Positions 8,964 to 15,052 of a DNA stretch of 33,347 nt are shown here, piece after piece. Location of the stretch: the IMG/VR virus record IMGVR_UViG_3300010362_000063, positions 1 to 33,347 of that record. The stretch is one strand, 5' to 3'. This DNA comes from a virus (taxonomy: Duplodnaviria; Caudoviricetes). The stretch's first letter is position 1. Each line of letters starts with the position of its first letter. The notes under the pieces are model-generated. The model searched no databases, was not told where the DNA came from, and saw nothing but the letters and a program-made list of their open reading frames with translations. The translations under genes and the position numbers were made by a program.

Positions 8964-9599
8964 ATGCGACCGACCATCACGACGACCGGCAGCGACGGCT
9001 TCGGCGACCTCGACCCGAACGAGCTCTGCGCGATCGCGCGCCGACTCCGCAGCGCGATCGGCGCCGGCCCGCACGCGATCGACCCCGACACGCACGCGCT
9101 CGAGGTCGCGCTGCTCGTGCTCACCCTGCGCGCACCCGTCGAACCGGCGCTGCGGCGCCAGGTCGAACGCGCAGCGGCCTGCGTCGCCGTCCTCGACGGA
9201 AGCGGCGTCCTCTGCGCCGTCAGCCACGACCTCGCCGCCCGGCTCGGCTACGAGCCGGCCGAGCTGGTCGGCCGCGTCGGCTGGAGCCTGAGCGTCGACC
9301 CCGACCGATCCCGAGGCCGGATGGACGAGCTCGTCACAGACGGCCAGCGCGCCGGCGTCTCCCAGCTGCGCCACCGTGACGGGCGCACGCTCGCCGTCCG
9401 CTTCGACGCGCGCGCCGTCCAGGTCGACGGGCGCACCCTGTACCTGGCGATCGGCCACGAGATCGACGCCGACCCCGGGCGCGCGCGCCTCCTCGACGTC
9501 GACCGGCTCGACGTCGCCGCCGCCGTCGCCCCCGCGTGCGCCTGCGGCTGCGAGCTCGCGCACGCCGCCGGGATCCTGCTCGAGCCGGAGGCCGCATGA
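8964..9599 (+). CDS. PAS-domain protein with no output domain
   Basis: VAVLDGSGVLCAVSHDLAARLGYEPAELVGR...LRHRDGRTLAVRFDARAVQVDGRTLYLAIGHEI is a PAS+PAC signature. Confidence 0.75.
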   Translation: MRPTITTTGSDGFGDLDPNELCAIARRLRSAIGAGPHAIDPDTHALEVALLVLTLRAPVEPALRRQVERAAACVAVLDGSGVLCAVSHDLAARLGYEPAELVGRVGWSLSVDPDRSRGRMDELVTDGQRAGVSQLRHRDGRTLAVRFDARAVQVDGRTLYLAIGHEIDADPGRARLLDVDRLDVAAAVAPACACGCELAHAAGILLEPEAA

Positions 9600-9715
9600 G
9601 CGGCTGGCTGCTCGTCGCCGCGGTCGCCGTCGCCGCCGTCGCCCTGTTCGCGGCGATCGCCGCCGAGGCCGCCGACCACCTGGCCGCCGGCCGCCGACGA
9701 CGGAGGCAGCCGTGA
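9596..9715 (+). CDS. Small membrane peptide (39 aa)
   Basis: ATGA/GTGA coupled; MSGWLLVAAVAVAAVALFAAIAAEAADHLAAGRRRRRQP. Confidence 0.6.
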   Translation: MSGWLLVAAVAVAAVALFAAIAAEAADHLAAGRRRRRQP

Positions 9716-10095
9716 GCGGCGACTGGCTCGACGAGCTGACCCCCGACGAGCGCGCCGAGTGGGAGCGCTTCGTCGACCACGTCCGCCGCAGCACGTTGCA
9801 GGGAATCGACAAATCGGCGTTCGTGATCAGCCTCGTCCCGCGCGGCGAGACCGACATCAAGTTCGCGGTCGAGCTCGGCCTGTCGATCATGCTCGACAAG
9901 CCGATCCTCGCCGTCGTCATGCCCGGCGCCGAGGTGCCCGACAAGCTGCGCCTGGTCGCCGACCGGATCATCCGTGCCGACGTCGACCTCGAGGCCGGCC
10001 GGCAGCAGGTCGCAGCCGCGATGCGCGACCTGCTCGACGACGACGACCCGGGCCCGAAGCCCGGCGACAGCACAGCGCTCGGAGGCGCATCGTGA
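9712..10095 (+). CDS. Nucleoside 2-deoxyribosyltransferase/TIR-like fold protein (127 aa)
   Basis: IDKSAFVISLV...DIKFAVELGLSIMLDKPILAV resembles the 'ELG.A.ALGKPI' motif; SD GGAGG. Confidence 0.55.
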   Translation: MSGDWLDELTPDERAEWERFVDHVRRSTLQGIDKSAFVISLVPRGETDIKFAVELGLSIMLDKPILAVVMPGAEVPDKLRLVADRIIRADVDLEAGRQQVAAAMRDLLDDDDPGPKPGDSTALGGAS

Positions 10096-10214
10096 GGATC
10101 GTGCTCGGCTCGGCGACCGCGACCGGCTTCCTCACCTGGCCCGGCCGCGGCCCCTGGCCGGCGCCGGCGCCGAAGCCGAAGCCGAAGCCGAAGGCCGCCA
10201 GGAAGGCCGCGTGA
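10092..10214 (+). CDS. Micro-ORF with PKPKPKPK tail (40 aa)
   Basis: GTGA coupled at both ends; SD GGAGG; contains (CCGAAG)x4. Confidence 0.5.
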   Translation: MRIVLGSATATGFLTWPGRGPWPAPAPKPKPKPKAARKAA

Positions 10215-10645
10215 CCCGCGCGCAGCTGGAGGCGATCGTCGCCTGGTGGCGGCCACGGCTCGGCCTCGAGCGCTGGGCGCTGGAGGTGCGCTGGGACCGC
10301 GACCCCGACGAGCCCAGCTTCACCGACACCCAGAACGCGTTCATCTGGCGCGCCCGCGACTACGAGGAGGCACGCCTCTACTTCAACCCTGCCAAGCACG
10401 GCGACTGGGACCGCGAGCGCGCGAACCAGATCGCCGTCCACGAGTTGCTCCACCTCGTCTGCCGCGAGGCCGAATGGATCCTCGACCTGCTCGACGAGCA
10501 GCTGCACCGCGACGTCGACACGATGATCTCCCGCTCGCACCATCACGCGCTCGAGGGCGCGATCGACCGGGTCGCCTGCCGCCTAGTCGAGCTCGTCGCC
10601 GAGCTGGGCGAGCTGCCACCGCAGGCGAAGGCGAAGGCCGCGTGA
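10211..10645 (+). CDS. HExxH zinc metallopeptidase-like protein (144 aa)
   Basis: IAVHELLHL plus a downstream LEGAIDRVA candidate third ligand. Confidence 0.7.
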   Translation: MTRAQLEAIVAWWRPRLGLERWALEVRWDRDPDEPSFTDTQNAFIWRARDYEEARLYFNPAKHGDWDRERANQIAVHELLHLVCREAEWILDLLDEQLHRDVDTMISRSHHHALEGAIDRVACRLVELVAELGELPPQAKAKAA

Positions 10646-10872
10646 GCGACGAGCTGCCGGAGCTCTTGACCGTCGACGAGCTCGCCGCCCGCTCACGCGA
10701 AAGCCGACGCACGATCCAGCGCCGGATCGCCGCCGGCGACATCGACGTCGTCCGCCTCTCCCCGCGCACGATCAGGATCCCGCGCGCCGCCGCCGCCCGC
10801 TACCTCCACGGCGATTCGGGCATGATGGGTGACGAAACAACACTTCATCCGCTACCGAGGAGGACCGCGTGA
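10642..10872 (+). CDS. xis: Excisionase (HTH_17-type)
   Basis: LLTVDELAARSRESRRTIQRRIAAGDIDVVRLSPRTIRIPR; directly upstream of the integrase. Confidence 0.85.
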   Translation: MSDELPELLTVDELAARSRESRRTIQRRIAAGDIDVVRLSPRTIRIPRAAAARYLHGDSGMMGDETTLHPLPRRTA

Positions 10873-12155
10873 CCGACAACACGCACCTGCTTCCCGGCGT
10901 CGACCAGCACGGCTCCGGCTACCGCGTCCGGCTCAGCTTCAACGGCCGCCCCTACATCCAGACCGGCCTCACCAGCCCCGACCAGGCAAACGAGCTCCGC
11001 ATCCAATGGGGGCGCCTCCGCGACGCCGGCCTGACACCGGCGCACGCGCCGCGCGAAGAAACCCTCGCCGAGGCGTGCGAGGCGCTGCTCGCCCGGAAAC
11101 GCACGACCGTCAGCCGCAAAACGAAACGCAGGCTGCGCCGCCGCGGCATCGAGTGGTGGGAACGCGCCACCAGACCGTGGCGCGAAGGCGACTTCGCCTC
11201 CACGCCGCTGTCGCTACTCGACCGCAACCGGCTCGAGGACCGCATCCTCGCGCGCGCCCTCGAAACGCCGAAGACCGCCCGTGACGAGCTCGACGGGCTG
11301 AAGGCGGCGCTCCGCTTGGCCGGCAGCCGCAACGTCCGCTTCGACCCGGCGATCCTGACGATCGAACGGCCGGTCGTCACCCCGCGCCAGCGGCGCGCCG
11401 CCGACGCCCACCAGCTCGAACTGCTCGCCGACCTGGCACCGCCCTACGCTCAACGGATGCTCCGAATCAAGGGCACGGTCGGCAACCGCTTCGAAGAGCT
11501 CGCCACCCTGACCGACGACCGCGTCGACCTCGAGCAGGCGACGATCTTCATCCCCGCCCACCTCTGCAAGGAGGGCGAGGACAAGACGATCGACCTCACG
11601 CGCGAGGAGGTGCACGAGCTCCGCCACCAGCTGCTCGAACGCGCCCCCGGCACGCCGCTCGTGTTCCCGACCAAGACCGGCCGGCCGTGGCGGCACTACC
11701 AATTCCTGCGGCTCGTCTGGTACAAGGCGCGCGCCCGCGCCGACCACGCCTGGCGCGAGACGCACGGCCTCGACGAGCAGGCCGACACGCCGTTCCTCTG
11801 GCGGCTGCTCGACCCGGACGGCCGACCCGTCGTCGACGAGGACGGCGACCCGGTCTGGGACGGACTCAAGCCGCACGACCTGCGCGCGACCGCGGCCACG
11901 CTAATGCGCGACGCCGGCTTCCCGAAAGAGGAGGCCGCCGCCAGGCTCGGCCACGCCGACTCCGGGGCGCTGATCGACCGCCTCTACGACCAGGGCGACC
12001 GGCGCGCCCGCGTGCGCCGCGCGATCGACGAGCACGCCCCGCACGGCCTCCGCGCCGCAACGAAAAGCGGGGCGCCGCGACCGTCCGCTAAGCCGGCCGC
12101 GACGCCCCTGACGCAGCCGTCCGACAAGCCGGCTGCGACTCGGAAGGCAGGGTAG
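10869..12155 (+). CDS. int: Tyrosine integrase
   Basis: Catalytic set present: R (GNRFEEL), K (LCKEG), HxxR (PHDLRAT), H (RLGHAD), Y (LYDQ). Confidence 0.93.
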   Translation: MTDNTHLLPGVDQHGSGYRVRLSFNGRPYIQTGLTSPDQANELRIQWGRLRDAGLTPAHAPREETLAEACEALLARKRTTVSRKTKRRLRRRGIEWWERATRPWREGDFASTPLSLLDRNRLEDRILARALETPKTARDELDGLKAALRLAGSRNVRFDPAILTIERPVVTPRQRRAADAHQLELLADLAPPYAQRMLRIKGTVGNRFEELATLTDDRVDLEQATIFIPAHLCKEGEDKTIDLTREEVHELRHQLLERAPGTPLVFPTKTGRPWRHYQFLRLVWYKARARADHAWRETHGLDEQADTPFLWRLLDPDGRPVVDEDGDPVWDGLKPHDLRATAATLMRDAGFPKEEAAARLGHADSGALIDRLYDQGDRRARVRRAIDEHAPHGLRAATKSGAPRPSAKPAATPLTQPSDKPAATRKAG

Positions 12156-12165
12156 CCAAGTGCCG

Positions 12166-12431
12166 TTTGTCCAGAACCTGTCCATTCCCGCCTCCCACAC
12201 GACCCTCAGCCGCCGCGAAAGACCTGCTCTCGCGAGGGTTTTGGGTCGAAGGCGCATACGGGATTCGAACCCTGATGCGCCGGTAACGACAGGAGGCGCC
12301 GACAGGCGCCAGGAGGCGCCAGAAACGGCGTAGTTGACCGGGATCCCGGCACCCCGGCACACGCCACGACGCGACACGTCGCGCCACGAGATGACGCCGG
12401 ATCCGGCACGGTTTTGTCCAAAACCTGTCCA
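12166..12431 (+). repeat. Integrase arm-type sites flanking the att core, plus Xis-like 10-bp periodic repeats
   Basis: TTTGTCCAGAACCTGTCCA (12166-12184) and TTTGTCCAAAACCTGTCCA (12413-12431); periodic AGGCGCC repeats (12288-12330) and CGCCACGA-like repeats (12360-12392). Confidence 0.75.
12251..12280. other. attP core matching a tRNA 3' half (minus strand GGGTTCGAATCCCGTATGCGCC)
   Basis: T-arm plus acceptor 3' strand at 12251-12272; imperfect inverted repeat GCGCATacGGG-[ATTCGAA]-CCCtgATGCGC around a 7-bp spacer; ~100 bp downstream of int. Confidence 0.85.
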
Positions 12432-12542
12432 GGCCGGGGCCGACGACGGCCGCCCCGGGGTGATTCCGGTGGCGCGCGCGGCAGGCCGCAGCGCCGCGCG
12501 ACGGGCACCCCGGGCGGCCGACCTCGAGCTCGGAGGCGCCGC

Positions 12543-12593
12543 GTGACCCGGGCTCGCACCCCGTACGAGGACACCTCGGTCCCGGCTGAGCGC
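12543..12593 (+). pseudogene. N-terminal fragment of an interrupted conserved phage gene
   Basis: SD GGAGG at 12532 then MTRARTPYEDTSVPAER. The matching C-terminal part resumes at ~13500. Confidence 0.6.
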
Positions 12594-12611
12594 CGCGCTT
12601 CAACGGAGGCC

Positions 12612-12648
12612 AGCATGAGCGAGCATGAGCGAGCATGAGCGAGCATGG
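12612..12648 (+). repeat. 10-bp tandem repeat containing four ATGs
   Basis: cAGCATGAGC GAGCATGAGC GAGCATGAGC GAGCATGG; ATGs at 12615, 12625, 12635 and 12645. Confidence 0.9.
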
Positions 12649-12892
12649 CACCGAGAGCAGGTACTCGCGCGGATGCCGCTGCGGCGGCTGCCGTGACGCC
12701 GCGACGATCGCACGCCGGAAACGCCGGCAGGGTGAAGGGCCGGGCATCCTGGTGGGGCAACACACGCATGGCAAGTGGGCGTATCAGCGGTGGGGGTGCC
12801 GGTGTGCCGTGTGTCGAGCCGACCACGCCAGGCATCAGCGCCTGTTCCTGGCCCGCCGCCGAGAACGAGCGCTTCAGCGGAGGGAACAATGA
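12635..12892 (+). CDS. Cys-rich protein with two HG..Y..GCRC..CR repeats
   Basis: HGTESRYSRGCRCGGCR and HGKWAYQRWGCRCAVCR, a common actinophage Zn-binding motif. Confidence 0.75.
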   Translation: MSEHGTESRYSRGCRCGGCRDAATIARRKRRQGEGPGILVGQHTHGKWAYQRWGCRCAVCRADHARHQRLFLARRRERALQRREQ

Positions 12893-13140
12893 CCCGGCGT
12901 CTGCGAAAGCCAGGTGAGTGCGTTCCGCTCTGCGGTGCCAGCCAGCGCTACGGGCGGTTTGTCAAGCCCTGGTATCACGACCGGCGCTGCCCTGCCCATC
13001 CCGACAATCACACAGAGCAGCTCTACGGCACCGCCGACCACTGGCCTCCAGCCGCCCAGCTCGCCGTCGGCGAGATCGCCGTCTACTCCGGCCGCGGCTT
13101 CGGGCCGTGGCCGCAGACACGGAAGGCGTGCGGGCTGTGA
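12889..13140 (+). CDS. Chimeric ORF (83 aa) ending in a copy of the Rpf-like C-terminus
   Basis: ATGA coupled; the last 37 aa match 14939-15052 except one F/Y change. Confidence 0.55.
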   Translation: MTRRLRKPGECVPLCGASQRYGRFVKPWYHDRRCPAHPDNHTEQLYGTADHWPPAAQLAVGEIAVYSGRGFGPWPQTRKACGL

Positions 13141-13336
13141 ACGCGAGCGACCGGGCGCAGGAACGCGTCGCAGCCTGCCGCAGCTGGCTCACACACGAAA
13201 GCCCACGCTGGTGGGAGAACTGGACGGGCCTGCTCGACGACGTCGACAAGCTCTCCCAGGCGCTCGAGGAGGCGACCTACGAGCGCGACCAGTGGGAGGA
13301 GCGCTACCACGAGCTGCTCCAGTCGCCCCCTCATGA
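13137..13336 (+). CDS. Small coiled-coil protein; as read, its frame runs on to 13850
   Basis: GTGA coupled, VNASDRAQERVAACRSWL...WEERYHELLQSP. One extra C in the 13326-13330 run would give an ATGA-coupled stop at 13336. Confidence 0.45.
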
Positions 13337-13461
13337 GCCCGACACTCGAAGACGGTGCGCGCCGCGCCTGGCTCGAATGGGGTCACGCCTACGCGCTATC
13401 CACGGTCTGCTCCTGCTGCGGCCGAATCCAATACTGCCGCGGCCGCCACCGCCGGCCGTGA
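13333..13461 (+). CDS. Cys-rich micro-ORF (42 aa)
   Basis: MSPTLEDGARRAWLEWGHAYALSTVCSCCGRIQYCRGRHRRP, ending in a GTGA overlap. Confidence 0.45.
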   Translation: MSPTLEDGARRAWLEWGHAYALSTVCSCCGRIQYCRGRHRRP

Positions 13462-13850
13462 CCGCCCCGTTTTTTTGGGCGGCGCGCGCGCGGATGCCCG
13501 CCGGCGCGCGCGGCGTCCAGTTCGACGAGGAATGGGGCGAGCAGGGATCGACCTGCCGCGTCCGCTTCGCCTGGCCGCACGCCGGCGCGCACGTCTCGAT
13601 CGTGCGCCTGCAGGCGACAACCCTGCCCGCCAACGGCCGGGTCGGGCTCGAGCAGCGCGAACGGCAGGCCTGGCGCGGCCTCGCCTGGTATCTCGACTCG
13701 AACCTGAAGGCGGCCACGTTCGGCCTGATCCCGTTCGAGGCGATCTTCCTCGCCCACTTCGAGGTCGCAGGCGGTGCCACCGTCGGCGAGAACCTGATCC
13801 CCCAGCTCGAACAGGGCCGGCTCGCGCTTCCGGCCGGGAGCGAGACATGA
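13458..13850 (+). CDS. C-terminal part of the interrupted conserved phage protein
   Basis: GARGVQFDEEW...EQRERQAWRGLAWYL..NLKAATFGLIPFEAIFLAH..GATVGE family pattern. Confidence 0.6.
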   Translation: MTAPFFWAARARMPAGARGVQFDEEWGEQGSTCRVRFAWPHAGAHVSIVRLQATTLPANGRVGLEQRERQAWRGLAWYLDSNLKAATFGLIPFEAIFLAHFEVAGGATVGENLIPQLEQGRLALPAGSET

Positions 13851-14014
13851 GGGCGCGCCGGCGCCGGCTGCGCCGAAACCCGCCCGTCCGCGTCGACGGC
13901 CGCTGCGTCGTCTGCGGCCGCCCCCGGCCGGCGCTCGCCGCCCGCCACGGCGACCCGTTCTGCAAGACCGACTGCGCACGCGGCTGGCACGAAGCGCTGC
14001 GAGGACCGGCATGA
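13847..14014 (+). CDS. Treble-clef zinc finger micro-protein (55 aa)
   Basis: CVVC-x15-CKTDC with PFC; ATGA coupled. Confidence 0.65.
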   Translation: MRARRRRLRRNPPVRVDGRCVVCGRPRPALAARHGDPFCKTDCARGWHEALRGPA

Positions 14015-14427
14015 GGACCGCGACCTGCCGCAGCTGCGGCGCGCAGATCGTGTGGGCCGAAACCGAGAAGGGCCGCCGCATGCCCGTCGACGCCGACCCG
14101 AACCCGCTCGGCCAGATCGTGCTCCGCGGCCACGGCACGACACCGCTCGCGATCTGCGGCGTCCCCGACGACGCCTACCCCGGCGAGCCCCGGTACGCCT
14201 CCCACTTCCAGACCTGCCCCCAGGCCGGCGACTGGCGCCGCCGGCGACCCCCGGAGCGGGCCTCGACGCGGTGGCGGATCGTGAGCGCACCCGACCCCGA
14301 CATCGACCGCACGAAGCTGGCGGTCGAGCTCGAGGTGACGACCGCCTCCCCCGAGGTCGTCGCCGCGATCGAGGACGCCGCCAGCCGCGCCGGGATCGAG
14401 CTCGAACGGATCGAGGAGCAGGCGTGA
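14011..14427 (+). CDS. Zn-finger phage protein
   Basis: CRSCGAQIVWAETEKGRRMPVDADP...SHFQTCP motif. Confidence 0.75.
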   Translation: MRTATCRSCGAQIVWAETEKGRRMPVDADPNPLGQIVLRGHGTTPLAICGVPDDAYPGEPRYASHFQTCPQAGDWRRRRPPERASTRWRIVSAPDPDIDRTKLAVELEVTTASPEVVAAIEDAASRAGIELERIEEQA

Positions 14428-14501
14428 GCTGGCTCGTCCCGGTCGCCGCCGCCGTGCTGCTGGTCGCAGCGCTCGTCTACGCGTTCACGAGGGGCGAATG
14501 A
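14424..14501 (+). CDS. Small membrane peptide (25 aa)
   Basis: MSWLVPVAAAVLLVAALVYAFTRGE, coupled at both ends. Confidence 0.55.
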   Translation: MSWLVPVAAAVLLVAALVYAFTRGE

Positions 14502-15052
14502 CGACCAAGCGACGTCGGCGGCGGGTGCGCGTCCTCTGGGCGAGGGTCGCCGGGCTCGCCGCCCTGCTCGTCGCCGGGATCGCGGTCGGCGGGCCGCTGC
14601 TCGCCGCCGCCGGCGCCGACGTCGACGGCGACCCGCCACCCCGGCCCCTGGACCCGACCGACTGGCGCGCCGTCGCGCTCGACGCCCAGACACAACTCGA
14701 GCGCACGCGGCGGCGGTCGCGCCGTGCGCATCGCCTCGCGGCCCGCCGCGGCCGGATCATCGGCCGGCTGCGGCAGGCGATGCGCGCACACGACGAAGGC
14801 TGGGCGCGCACCGGGCTGCGCTGCATCCAGCCGCACGAAGCCGGCTGGCAGGCCTCGACGGGCAACGGCTACTTCGGCGGCCTGCAGATGGACCTCGACT
14901 TCCAGCGCACCTACGGGCTGCCGCTGCTCGAGGCGCTCGGCACCGCCGACCACTGGCCGCCGGCGGCGCAGCTCGCGGTCGGCGAGATCGCCGTCTACTC
15001 CGGCCGCGGCTACGGGCCGTGGCCGCAGACACGGAAGGCCTGCGGCCTGTGA
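14498..15052 (+). CDS. Resuscitation-promoting factor (Rpf)-like lytic transglycosylase, membrane-anchored or secreted
   Basis: N-terminal TM; CIQPHEAGWQASTGNGYFGGLQM...Q...GYGPWP..CGL (catalytic Glu, GNG..GGLQ, WP motifs). Confidence 0.85.
   Translation: MTTKRRRRRVRVLWARVAGLAALLVAGIAVGGPLLAAAGADVDGDPPPRPLDPTDWRAVALDAQTQLERTRRRSRRAHRLAARRGRIIGRLRQAMRAHDEGWARTGLRCIQPHEAGWQASTGNGYFGGLQMDLDFQRTYGLPLLEALGTADHWPPAAQLAVGEIAVYSGRGYGPWPQTRKACGL

Larger units (their letters stand above)
13027..15052 (+). repeat. 114-bp imperfect direct repeat (13027-13140 and 14939-15052)
   Basis: 8 differences in 114 nt, 7 of them synonymous third-position changes. Confidence 0.95.

Noticed and set aside
9590-10645. 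ssrA-like C-terminal AA degrons on several switch-operon proteins
   Set aside because: EAA/KAA endings arise automatically from the SD-ccgc-(A/G)TGA overlap with the next gene, so they are not independent evidence.
12240-12300. Complete tRNA gene
   Set aside because: Only the T-loop and 3' acceptor strand are present; no D or anticodon arms, so it is better explained as an att core.
12166-12650. CRISPR or mini-array
   Set aside because: Repeats are 7-19 bp without regular unique spacers, and there are no cas genes.
13027-15052. Diversity-generating retroelement TR/VR pair
   Set aside because: Mismatches are mostly C/G synonymous changes rather than adenine-specific, and no reverse transcriptase is present.
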